Assembly (NCBI GenBank): GCA_021613535.1
Contig: CP075492.1
Location: 14,074,001-14,138,000, forward strand
Reading direction: 5' to 3'
Source: Adineta vaga
Lineage: Eukaryota > Animalia > Rotifera
Length of the DNA: 64,000 nt
The translations under genes and the position numbers were made by a program. Numbering within the stretch: position 1 is the stretch's first letter; each line of letters opens with the position of its first letter. Shown here piece by piece: positions 1-11,124 of this stretch. Below the pieces are notes generated by a model that made no database searches, was not told where the DNA came from, and was given only the letters and a program-made list of their open reading frames with translations.

Positions 1-757
1 AATTCCATTTCAAGTAATCCATTTCCACCATGTTCATTTCCGTATCGTACGTAATTTTCATTTGTCTCATTTTTCATTTTTGCATTGAATGTATGACAAA
101 GTCCATGTGTTACCGAAATGAATGAAATGAAATTATCAATGGTACATGGATATGAATTGAATCTACATGTATAAAGCATGGATGAAAGCGAGTAGAAATA
201 GGGATTCAATGATTGATTTGCATTAATACTATCAATGACGAACGATCCAATGTAGTCAACCATCGATAGAGGTAATTCACTTCGATTATTGGTATTTGTT
301 GCGTTTATTCTATCAGTATAATTGTAGAACGCTTCGAGAAAGCGATCAAGACGAAATGGTCCAGCATTACAGATGCTAACTGCAGGAAAATATTGTGGCC
401 ATTCTCGAATGATATTTATATCAATTTGTGTCGGATATTCATAATAGCTCAAGATAGATTTGACGACAAAATATATCATAACAATAGTAAAAGAAATGAA
501 AGATATTGACCAGAATATTCGATTATGTATACTTTCACTACGAGCTATACCTGGAACACCATGCATCGATGTATTCAAACTGAATTCACGAATAATTGAG
601 TGCCGATGCCGAAGTTTCTTTTCTTCTTCCTTTTTGTCTGTTTTGATGTGATCGGTAGATCTGTAATCGAATGAAAGTATAGATGAATTTGTGTCGATTA
701 TATCACTTACTTTTGAGAAGTTCTAGGTTGATTTTTTGCGTACTCGTTTTCTCTCAT
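1..757 (-). CDS. DEG/ENaC (ASIC-like) amiloride-sensitive channel, 5' part; runs off the left edge
   Basis: Not in the ORF track. Manual translation: ATG at 757, 50-bp GT-AG intron 710-661, then open to position 1: ...EFSLNTSMHGVPGIARS...RIFWSISFISF(TM1)...YYEYPTQIDI...YFPAVSICNAGPFR...GLCHTFNA. The HG motif, TM1, FPAVxICN and GxCxTFN are DEG/ENaC hallmarks. Confidence 0.93.
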
Positions 758-1608
758 CTTCTTTGTATTTGCTTTGAAAATCAGAGTAGAAGTTTCAACG
801 TGGAAAAAAGTGTTTTTCTCTAAAAAAAAACATTTAAAGTAATTACTTGGATGAGTTTTCTTTTCCGGTGAAGAAAAAACGTTTTGCTTTGTGATAAAGT
901 CAAATGAGAGAAATGTTTTATTTACACTCTTACAATCTTTTTGAACAACTCTTCTCCATTAGTGCCTGAAACATATATATATATTGTCTACCCTTAAACG
1001 GTAAAGCACTAATATTTTTCGGTACTTTACTCGTGAAAAGTCTCGTTTAACTGTAAACGTGAGCGTTAAAAAAGAGTATGAACTCTGAAGCATCCTTTAT
1101 TTTTAATTCTATTTAATTAGTATTTGATTAAATTTGGTAAGAATCCAAATTATTTCCTCCGTAATTTTGATGTTCTAAATCAATTTCGTAAAACTTGTGT
1201 CGCATTATCATACAAATAAAACAGCTGGTGCATTTGTAATAATTGGAAATTTCTTTTACAAGAAGAATGGTCATGGGTTTTTCCCTGCATCGATGATAAC
1301 TATAAAAGAAGCAGTTCAAGACATAGATATTCTATATTAAGTTATTATATTTCATCTGAAACATTTTACGATAAAGTCAAATCTATTTCTCAATTGAAAT
1401 ATAGTAGTATATTCCTTGAAAGAAAACAGGAGTAAGTAAGTTACAACATCAGCTGTCTGATTTCATCAGATTATATTGACGGTACCATTTGATAATGAAT
1501 GACGCGTTTCAAATCTATAAAATTGTTAGAAAACGCATGATAAACTAGAGATTTATTATTATTTCATTTCAGATTCTCAATCGTCTGTGAAGGAATTATC
1601 AAAAAACT

Positions 1609-4600
1609 ATGGTAAACATATTTCTGTATGGGTATAAAAACTTTATTGCGTTTCTTCTTTCAGTTACCAGAAGATCTAAATAGAGCTCGTCTTTCTGTCA
1701 TAATTCATGATATTAATGAATGCCTTAATCAGAAAGATATCGAACGGGTAATTCAACAAAAAGTTAGTCAATCAACATATAAACTGCGTTTAGGGAAACC
1801 ATATGGTTAGTATACTTTATCGATGTAAATATCATTGCGTAAGAGTAAACCATTGTATAGTTGATGCTAATGGCGAACAACGACGCAAAGCTTATATAAA
1901 TTTTCAAGATAAAAAGCAAGTAGATGAGTTCATGAAAAATCGTCCATTCAAAGTTCATGGAAAAGAACTTAAAGTATCACGATATAATCCAAAAGATATT
2001 CCTCTCTCTGGTCAAATTACGTCTGCTCTAGTGGTGAAATCGTGTGAATCACAACAAGATGGCAGTTTTCGAACGAAACTGACAGAACATTCTTTGAACA
2101 AATACCTCGGTAAATTTGGTAGTATAATTAGTTGTAAACCTTTAAATGATGGCGAATACATTCTGCAATTTAAAGAGTAATATCTATATTAATCAATTTG
2201 AAAATTCAACTAGAGAAACTTTATTGATCTTTTTTCTCTAGTTATGATTCGATTGATAGAATTATTCTAAAAGACGTATCACATAAAATCGATGGAATGA
2301 ATGTCATTATTGAAAAAACTCCAGAAATTGTAAAAGGTAACCCATACTATTTTGTAAACAAACACTAATTAAAAAACTGTCTTCGATTGTCGGTCAGATG
2401 TCCCCACTGCTTCTAATTTACAGAAATCTTGTATTCATGTAACAAACATGCCGATGGATGTGACAAGCGAGGAATTATCATCGATTTTCCTGGTTTGTGT
2501 CGGTTATATTCTTATACAACCAGGATATGAATTGAATGATCATTTATCATCGGATAGTCGTGTAGAAAGTGAAGCTTGGATCAAGTGTGCAAAGATTAAA
2601 TCAGACCTACAAGAATTAGCTTCGGAAAAATCGGGAGCAAATTTACGTGGATATAAAATTCAATGTAAGGTTATTGATGAACCATTTAATAAATCAGAAC
2701 TATGCAACGAGTACGAAAAAGGACAATGTTCACGTAAACCTGATCAATGCTGGTACAAGCATATACTCTGTGATGAACCAGACACATGCGTGAATCAAGA
2801 GTGTTGGTATGGTCACACTAGCAGAAGACAAACAATATCCAAATCAAGAGTTCTATTGGGTAAAAATAGAATCAGTTATTGAATATATATTTTCTTGTAT
2901 TTAGATCCGCGAAGAAATCCTTATCGCTTGAGAATTAGTAATCTTTCTCCGTTAACAACGAAAGAAGAATTATTAGAAAATCTGGATATTCATTCAAGAC
3001 TAATTACGAATCTAAAATTTCAAGAAGAATCAACCTCAAAGAAATCAATCGTAGTTTATCTTGTAAATCAATCATCGGAAAATTTTCTTCGAAAGAAAAT
3101 TCTACAATGGCAAAACAAACCATTGCCAACAAATACATGGAAAAAAATTCAATTTCAATTGGAAAAAAATATGGATTTTTTTAATTGGGAGAATCGAAAT
3201 CGAAGTTCTTCATCAGCTTCAATCCTGACAAAATCTGACCCATGGCGTCGAGAAGTAAAAGACTGTGTGCAAGTGGATGGGACTCACTCACAAAATTTCA
3301 ATATAGCTAAACTTGCACCTGAGTGGCGAAAAACAAATGAAAACTCCTTAAATGACACGAATGTTGTATGTTCTATAATTAACAAAGGAAATAAAGATAT
3401 GAAAGCAGTAATCAAGGTCTATAGAAATCAATCAAATGGTCAAACTGCACAATCCTGTGCATGTCGGGAACAAATTATCCTGGAAAATCTTACAGGTACA
3501 AATACAATTTTGACATTGTATTTGCAATTAACTTTATTGCTTTTTTAGATTTTCGCAATATACCAAAATTTCTTACAAGCAATACAATTCTACCAGAGGA
3601 TCCTTGGATTATTATGGAAAAGATTGAAGGTGTTACATTAAAAGAGTATATTCGAAATAATCCTCCTAATCTTCATGAAGCATTAGTTATCACTTTGGAT
3701 CTACTGACTATTGTCAAACAAATACATACTCGAAATATCGTTCATCGGAATATTACGCCAGATAATATTATGATTAGAAATTTATTCGATCTGTCCTATA
3801 TGGATAGATTAGTATTAACTGGTTGTAGTTCATCAGTTTTTAGCGATTCAGACACGACACAAAATCTTCATAACGTATTTAATGAAGATTTTGACGATCG
3901 TATTGATCATCCGAACAAATTGTTCTATCGGGTTCCACAAATGCAGATTCAGCAGAACAGAACAGATGCTACAGACGAAGAAGAACGAAAAAAATCATGT
4001 CGAAGTCCAACAATTGATAGCAGTCATATCTGTGCCATACTATTTTGGATGATTACAAAAAAATATCCTAAAGAATCGAAAAATATCGAAAATGCAGCAC
4101 CACATGAATTGAAGGGAAATATCATTGGTATTAAAAATGAAATTGAAAAGGCAACAGGTAAGCAAAAACCAACCATACGGATAACGTTTCGATAAAGAAT
4201 CTCTTTCGTAAAGGAATATGGACAGAAACTACGAAACGAAATTTATTAACTCAATATATGAAATTAATATTTGATCGTGGCTTTGCTGATTTTCATCGAC
4301 AATGGTCAATCGAAGAACTTGAATATCAAATTCGTTTTGCTCTTCAATTAACAGAAATCAATAGCAATAATGCAGAAGAGTCTTCGCTCATTCAATCATT
4401 ATCAAATATACCCAGCACTTTATCTCTATCAAATGCTTTCGAATGTAATCCTTTTCTTCGAATGATATCAGTGATTTTTTGTATTAGAGAACAAATAATA
4501 GCACGCTGTTCAAATGTTCCTTGGTTGATAAATGAAATAAACGACTGGCATGGTAATAATCGAGAAACTAAATGTTACAATATTATAACATTTAAAGAAG

Positions 4601-4824
4601 AAGCTCAAATTTCTCAAAAAATCTACTGGTGTGCAGAGATCAATAAGCAAAACGATTTTTCTATTACTATACATGCTAAAATCAATGATAACACCGGTGT
4701 CGAATTACCATTAGGTGTTTGGAATCAAGATAATCAGAAGAAATTTCAAGAAGACAGCATTCGAAATTTTGAATTACAAATGAAATGTTTAATGAATATA
4801 TTATATGAAGATAAAAATATGTAA
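1609..4824 (+). CDS. Multi-RRM + tandem CCCH zinc finger + pseudokinase fusion protein (~940 aa, ~8 exons)
   Basis: Six track ORFs join through short GT-AG introns (about 1612-1663, 1806-1860, 2178-2241, 2337-2397, 2860-2903, 3496-3548, 4158-4213). RRM1/2 resemble hnRNP A1 (VDEFMKNRPFKVHGKELKVSR; FKDYDSIDRIILKDVSHKIDG). RRM3 IHVTNMPMDVTSEEL. C-x7-C-x6-C-x3-H plus a second CCCH. RRM4 LRISNLSPLTTKEEL. Kinase fold AVIKVY...REQIIL...IIMEKIEGVTL...IVHRNITPDNIMI. Confidence 0.8.
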
Positions 4825-5450
4825 CTGAAAATGTACTTGTTAACCTAAATATTTTTCGCCTTCAATAAACATGATTCGAATTTACCCACACGATCTTTTA
4901 CAAATAAAAAATCAATGAGAATTTACAAAGTAGGGTGTAGGTGTTTAATTAACTATTTAAAAATAGTTAATAAAAGTTGGGGAAATTTATTGGTTGCAAC
5001 GTTACTACCCTCGGTCTAAAATATAGACTCTTACATTCCCATTTGAGTTAGAAATAGAAATATTTTAGTGCAATTGACAAGAAAGTCCTTACCAGTTGCT
5101 GTTGTGCTGGTTATAGCTGTTACAAATGTTTCATTTATTGAATATAGAGCAAGTTCAACACTAAATGAAGTGCCATTTGTCAATGATATATTGAAAGAAA
5201 ATGTTGGTGGATCTAATCGAATGGTTGAGAGAACACGGTCAACAAAATGATTCTAGAACATTTTGAAAAGTGCACAAGTAGATGGATATTTAATTTTAAG
5301 ATCAATCACAAATATATTTCCAATTTTATTATTCGTAATATATGGTCGAGTGGTGTGTTGAAATAAATAGATCGATAAAAAACAGAAGGTTTCCTTTTCT
5401 TATTTTAGGACCAAAAGAATAGATGCATAACTATGAAAGATAGAGTATTA

Positions 5451-5525
5451 ACACCCACACCCTTCAATATTTGATACTGTGAATAATGTAAATGGTAAAA
5501 GGGTCACCTCTTCTTCATTTAAAAA
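5451..5525 (-). pseudogene. Orphan exon fragment of an ADP-ribosyltransferase (ExE region)
   Basis: After a tacag acceptor it reads FLNEEEVTLLPFTLFTVSNIE, matching the ART catalytic-end pattern (cf. PSENEIILMPGTTFEV in the ART at 60136). It then runs into GGGTGTGGGTGT and a stop. Confidence 0.5.
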
Positions 5526-5798
5526 CTGTACGAAACATAGATAGATGAGTATTTTACGTTCAGAATCATAACGCAGGAGTAGAGACTTTATATTGCTCGC
5601 TGAACTCAAGGTGTACAGACTGTAATGAATAGTTTACATCATAGCGCATTTTGATGAATCTATTATATTTAGATAATTCACTTAAGAAGTACTGAACATG
5701 TGAAAACGTGTAAACGATGTTGCTCAAAGTTTTAATACACATCTGAATAAGTTGTAAGGTACTATTGGACAAATAGTATGTACAGTGATATTTTCCAG

Positions 5799-6356
5799 TT
5801 TATCATGTGCTTGTTTGAGTATTGGTGTAATACGTCGATATCAATGTCCTGTGGAAACAAAAATTCCATTATGGTTAACTGTTAATGGTGGACTAGAAGT
5901 TGAAATTAATTCATTCATCATAATCGTGGTAGGTCAACACATAATTACATTTAATTGAATTAAACTAATCTTTTTTTACAACAATTTCATTATTAAATTA
6001 GCTTATTGTAAAATTACTCTTTTGTCGCAAAACTAATCATGAGGAAATTGTTGATGGCTGTGTGCGTTTACTCAATTTGTGTTTATTTTTGTTCATGCTT
6101 GTTTGGCTAATCTTAGTAAGTCAATCGATATGATTGGATATATTTTCTCTTATTTATTGAAACATTACTAGGGTAGTATATGGATGTTTAAAGTCAGACC
6201 TAATGTTCAATATGATATGATTCTACTCTTAGCAATTACCGTGAAAAGCAAATGTTTAATTTTGTTTTTGGCTTAATCATTGTACAGTATGTTGAGTGAC
6301 GGGATTATTTTCCTGTTGCATATGTTGTGGAATTTGCGCTCTTTATTTTGGTTGAT
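5799..6356 (+). pseudogene. TMEM272-like multi-pass membrane protein pseudogene
   Basis: Three exon-like blocks: LSIGVIRRYQCPVETKIPLWLTVNGG / ...LNLCLFLFMLVWLIL / GSIWMFKVRPNVQYD...NYREKQMFNFVFGLIIVQY...CCICC. A 5-bp TATGA duplication near 6211 shifts the frame, a stop follows, and no start exon was found. Confidence 0.6.
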
Positions 6357-6944
6357 TGATAATTAAACGATGAAAGTCAGTCCAATAAAAAGCTCGTAAA
6401 ATTAACCTAGACTATTTTCTACGATAAAGATGAATTAAATCACTGAAAAACGTATCTATGTTCTTCTGTCAATCAACCTTTTTTCGATCTGTGTTTGACT
6501 ATTGACGTTATCATGTAATACTAGTGTTCGAAAGAATGACAGAAAAAAAAACACGTGTTATACTTATTTGTCGATCGTAACTTGAAAAAAGAAGAAAGTC
6601 ATTCACTTTTTTTTCAAGTTCGTAAAAAGGTAAAGTTTGATGATTAAGTAATCGGCGTTTAGACGATACAATATAGATGTTCTTCATGCATGTCCTACTC
6701 AAACTTTTAGTATGATATACACTTTTTTGAAATACTACAAACCGAATCACCTTCTATATAGACTATTTACGTTATGTATACCTAATGCTTATATGTTTAC
6801 ATGCAGTTGTACGTAGAAATGAAGGTAAGTACGAGAATGATTGCATAATATCAAACGAATAAAAAGTATATTTGTAATTTGTGATAAAATTATGAATGCT
6901 AGTTTTAGATTATAATACGTAATCAATTGATAATCTCAATAGAA

Positions 6945-8330
6945 ATGAATGCAGACAAATGTGAAATAGTCTCACTGAATTTGGATATCAATCATCTGTT
7001 GTATCATCAAATTGAACTTCAAGAATATTTACATCAGAATCCATCTGAAGAAAATGTATCAATTCAAAAACTTCATTCATTACTAGCAGAAATCTGGATA
7101 ACTGATGATTTCAAAATGATATGGAATGAAATTACAACGACAACAACCATATTACAAGGACAATTGTACGATTCGATTAATAACAAATCAATATCAGATC
7201 TTCGAAATAGTATAAACTGTTTAATAAAAGATATTGAAGAAATAGAGAATTCTAGTCATAGAAAGACATTTCAAGAACATATACCCAGAACGATTGAAAG
7301 AAAAAATGAGATAGAAGAAATAACTGATTCAAATATTCTATCGAAGTTTACTCATAAAATTCATCTATCTAATAATGCTATACGTTGGATACGTGGTCCT
7401 ATCAGAGTAATATTCAATGGTACTATGCGCATCTTCGACGTGTTGGCAAAACATACTCATATCAGTAGTTCAGCTTTACAAGCTGTTGCAAATGGATTAA
7501 TCAAACAGAAACAATCAGCATTTGTTGAAATCACGTCCGATTGGACTTTCATTAGTAAAAATCTTGATCAAGGATTCAACAGTGAATCGGTATGGATGTA
7601 TGATCCTCGAGGTCGACGAATTCTAGTAAAAACACAAGAACATCCTCTATGTGCAGCTAATGAATGGCTAGTCTATATTCTCGGGAATGCTCTTGGTCTA
7701 CCTGTCAATGAAGTACAAATAGGAGTTTATCAAAATAAACTTGTAACATTACACAAAGATGTTAGGAATGAAAATGAAACAATGTTTACATTTATGGAAT
7801 TATCAAGGCAAACGAGAAAACGACTTTTAACCGATCCAATCTTAGGATGTATGGATTTTTTCGATCATATCATTCAAAATGCCGATCGAAATCAACGAAA
7901 TATTTTAATTACAATCTCGACGAATACGGCGACTGATATCAATGATCTGAATGCAAAAATGAAAATATATCTTATCGATCATGCGTCCTGTTTTGGATTA
8001 GGAAAACTTAGTATCATCAGTCTTGTCGCTTGTAAATTCCATACAAATCACTTAACAATAGTTAAGTTCGATCCAATTGAGCAAGCAAGAAAGTTCGAAC
8101 AATATCTCAATTCATTATCGATAACAGATCGTCTCTTAATCAGAGACACAGCTAACCGTTTTGCTGCAATCACAGATCGACAATTTACCGATTGGTTAGA
8201 TGAAGTCAAAGAATTATTATCTGAAAATCAATACAATCGGATTTATACTGTACTCACTCGGCAACGAGATGTTGCCAAGTATCATACAGCTCAAATCGAT
8301 GACCATAATGATCCGGTGACTTATTTTTAA
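6945..8330 (+). CDS. HipA-like (PI3/4-kinase superfamily) atypical kinase with N-terminal helical region
   Basis: Intronless ORF; GFNSESVWM...ILVKTQ...AANEWLVYILGNALGLPV...DHIIQNADRNQRNILI...IYLIDHASCFG match the HipA/PI4K catalytic motifs (K, E, DRxxxN, IDH). First ATG at 6945; the track start at 6927 is TTG. Confidence 0.78.
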   Translation: MNADKCEIVSLNLDINHLLYHQIELQEYLHQNPSEENVSIQKLHSLLAEIWITDDFKMIWNEITTTTTILQGQLYDSINNKSISDLRNSINCLIKDIEEIENSSHRKTFQEHIPRTIERKNEIEEITDSNILSKFTHKIHLSNNAIRWIRGPIRVIFNGTMRIFDVLAKHTHISSSALQAVANGLIKQKQSAFVEITSDWTFISKNLDQGFNSESVWMYDPRGRRILVKTQEHPLCAANEWLVYILGNALGLPVNEVQIGVYQNKLVTLHKDVRNENETMFTFMELSRQTRKRLLTDPILGCMDFFDHIIQNADRNQRNILITISTNTATDINDLNAKMKIYLIDHASCFGLGKLSIISLVACKFHTNHLTIVKFDPIEQARKFEQYLNSLSITDRLLIRDTANRFAAITDRQFTDWLDEVKELLSENQYNRIYTVLTRQRDVAKYHTAQIDDHNDPVTYF

Positions 8331-8593
8331 TAAGACTATGAGTTAGTCAGAATTATAAATATGCATGAAATTCACATTTTGTATTTGTAAAATGAAATAT
8401 AATCGATGAAGTCGAGTCACATGTTTTCTTTTCTTTTAACGTAACTTGTTGTTATTTCAAAGAATTACGCAATTTTCACGAGTCATTATTTTCTCCTTCC
8501 CTACCATATTTCTCATAGATTCAAACGCAACAAAATAAAGATTTGTACATTTTCAAAGTTTAGAAACATGAGTAAGAAAATAAAATCCAATAA

Positions 8594-9369
8594 ATGCAAT
8601 TCCAAAACGAAGAAGATCTCAGAGATTTTTTCGAAAGACAAGAAACGAGTTCTACATGTAGATTACATGCCATTAACAATGCTCTTGGAAGATCAGTTAT
8701 TTCTAAGAAAAAGTATGTTTATGATATAATCAATTCATTACTCGATCGCCTTCATGTATTTAGATTCTTTGCTTATTGTGATGAATTTGACATGAAGAAT
8801 CATTGTAAAGGAAGTCGACAATTTTTCTTTATTCATGCCGATGATAATATTATCAGTTTCATTCTCAATAAACTTCATTTACATAGTTCATATTATCCGC
8901 CCGATAATCCTCCTCCTATCAGGTATGTGAACATCATTGTATAAGTAACATATTTTCATTTGATTCTTTACTTTCAAGTGAAAATTCATGCGATGATATT
9001 GTGGCAATTATCATTTTTGACAATGAACATATCTGGAGTAACAAAAAATACGGTAATATATGGTACGATCTGGATTCTTTGTCGGAGAAACCAGAACCTA
9101 TACCATTTCGAAGAATATTTGCACGACGAGGTTTTGGATGGATTATTGTTCGGACTCTTCCTGAACATCTGTCGAACGACGAAATACAAATAACATCAAA
9201 TCCTACAAATGAAAAGCCTGATCATACTGTTACGAACTATTCACCTGAATCAAAAACACACCGTTATTCTCTAGAAGATGAAACTGTTCCTGATAATCTT
9301 TACCTAAATCTTAAAAGAAACGGTTCAAACCGATTTGAAGCTTTATACGATATCGAAGAAGATATGTAG
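8594..9369 (+). CDS. Josephin-domain (ataxin-3/JOSD family) deubiquitinase-like protein, 3 exons
   Basis: FFERQETSSTCRLHAINNALG (Q oxyanion, catalytic C), EHIWS (H), WYDLDSLSEKP (D). Introns 8713-8763 and 8923-8978 restore one frame. Confidence 0.82.
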
Positions 9370-9469
9370 CAAGCAAAAAAAATATAAAAGAATGTTTATG
9401 TTATCTCAGAGAGATAGTTCAATCCAAGCGTGTAGTCAGAAGAAAACTTTTCATAATAGTATTTTAACG

Positions 9470-10747
9470 TTAATAGTCGATAGTTAAGTAGTAAAGAATA
9501 TAAATAGTAGCAAAGATCATCATTGGTATGAAGTTTGTTTCATTTGAATGATATGCTGTATTTGGAATCGTTGATTTACTGACAATCGACGATGGTGTGG
9601 ACTCCTTAGCTGTATCATTATGTTTTACTAAGGATCTCAACATTCTTGTTGTATTATAGTTCATATTTATTGTTTTTTTTATAACTGTAAAATTCGATGG
9701 ATGATTACATAGATTCATGGTACAGCGATACGATATAGTACGAACACTTTCACTGTCCTCTTTCGATAGAGTGAAATTAGTAATAATTGTATCGACAATT
9801 ATGATAGTAGCTTTATCGTTTATCGATGGAGATGGTTTTACGATACTTGGTGGCGTTGGTAAAAGAAACTGATTTATGAGATTCATGATATCACTCGAAT
9901 CGGACAAACCATTGTCACTGAGTAATCCTAACAGGTTAGGCAGTAACGATGGATTAATTTGTCCAAGTAATCCTGGCAGGTTAGACAGTGACGATAGATC
10001 AATTTGTCCAAGTGATCCTAACAGGTTAAACAGTGTCGATGGATCAATTTGTCCAAGTGATTCCAGTAAATTCATCGATCTCTGCTGACCAAAAGATGTA
10101 GATGCATCAATCGATTTAATTGAATTTAATCCGGGTATATTCATCGTCGACCGAACTTTTTTCATTGTGTCTACACAATGGGTAGTTAATTCATTTCCTT
10201 TCGATACAGTTTGACATAAGTTACTTGGACATTGTTGCGCTTCGCCATTTGAATAACACATTGTTGACTTATCAATATGATTCTGTTGAATGTGTACTAC
10301 ATTGCGTAAATGGGCGTCTATTTTTGTAAAATCAATATCAAATAACCATTGTAATTGATATTTAGTGTATTCCAAATCGCAATAGTCCCCTGATGAACAG
10401 ACATAAGTTAACGTATTGTGAATCTCCGCCATGTTTGACGATGATTTCTGAAAACGAAACTCAGTGCGAAGTTTTAGATGATTAGTTTCAGTATGATTTA
10501 TCTTATCGCCATGATATTGAATGGTAAATTTTTGTTGTATAAAAACAAAGTTGATTGTAATATAGCATCGACTAATATGATTGTCATTTACGGTTCCTTT
10601 AGTTAATAGACTTAATTTGTGATGAAATTCATTTGAACCATAGGTACTAACATCACCCGCATATTTTACATACGCGATACATGAAAGACCGTCGACAGTA
10701 GACAGTAAAAGTAGTAGTAGCAATAGCAGCAAATATACGATATGCAT
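9470..10747 (-). CDS. Secreted, possibly GPI-anchored Cys-containing protein with an internal 15-aa repeat
   Basis: Poly-Leu signal peptide, LSC start, CSSGDYCD and CTMNLCN motifs (Ly6/uPAR-like ends), Ser/Thr stalk, hydrophobic C-terminus. Confidence 0.7.
   Translation of the reverse strand: MHIVYLLLLLLLLLLSTVDGLSCIAYVKYAGDVSTYGSNEFHHKLSLLTKGTVNDNHISRCYITINFVFIQQKFTIQYHGDKINHTETNHLKLRTEFRFQKSSSNMAEIHNTLTYVCSSGDYCDLEYTKYQLQWLFDIDFTKIDAHLRNVVHIQQNHIDKSTMCYSNGEAQQCPSNLCQTVSKGNELTTHCVDTMKKVRSTMNIPGLNSIKSIDASTSFGQQRSMNLLESLGQIDPSTLFNLLGSLGQIDLSSLSNLPGLLGQINPSLLPNLLGLLSDNGLSDSSDIMNLINQFLLPTPPSIVKPSPSINDKATIIIVDTIITNFTLSKEDSESVRTISYRCTMNLCNHPSNFTVIKKTINMNYNTTRMLRSLVKHNDTAKESTPSSIVSKSTIPNTAYHSNETNFIPMMIFATIYILYYLTIDY
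9925..10062. repeat. 45-bp coding tandem repeat, ~3 copies (LLGSLGQIDPSTLFN)
   Basis: The unit atcctaacaggttaRRcagtRWcgatRgatYaatttgtccaagtR recurs with 45-bp period. Confidence 0.85.
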
Positions 10748-11124
10748 GATAAAAAAAAATAAAATGAGAAATTCTAGTTTTCTACTAAATATATTATTGT
10801 AATTCCAAATAAAACAGAGAGTTTATAAACATCATCAGTTATATCTAACAGATATTTTTGAATATCATGCTTTATCAACTTTGCAAATGCAGGTGTTTAT
10901 AGCTGCTAATATGACAGTGAAATTACCAATGAATAAAAATTCTCTTCATTCTCTACGACTAAGAGCAGCCGAAAAAAAAAGAATATATATTAAATAAAAG
11001 TAAATAGTTACAAGGTAAATATCTAGTTGAAGTTGATACGCACAAAGTTCTTATTAATAACCATGTGTAAAATGAAGAATTGTTTTCATTTCTTATCAAC
11101 TATATACAGAAAGTATAGAATATC

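Noticed and set aside
460-651. 63-aa plus-strand ORF
   Set aside because: Antisense shadow of the DEG/ENaC exon on the minus strand.
9876-10088. Repetitive plus-strand ORF (ICPSDPNRL)
   Set aside because: Antisense reading of the 45-bp repeat in the minus-strand gene.
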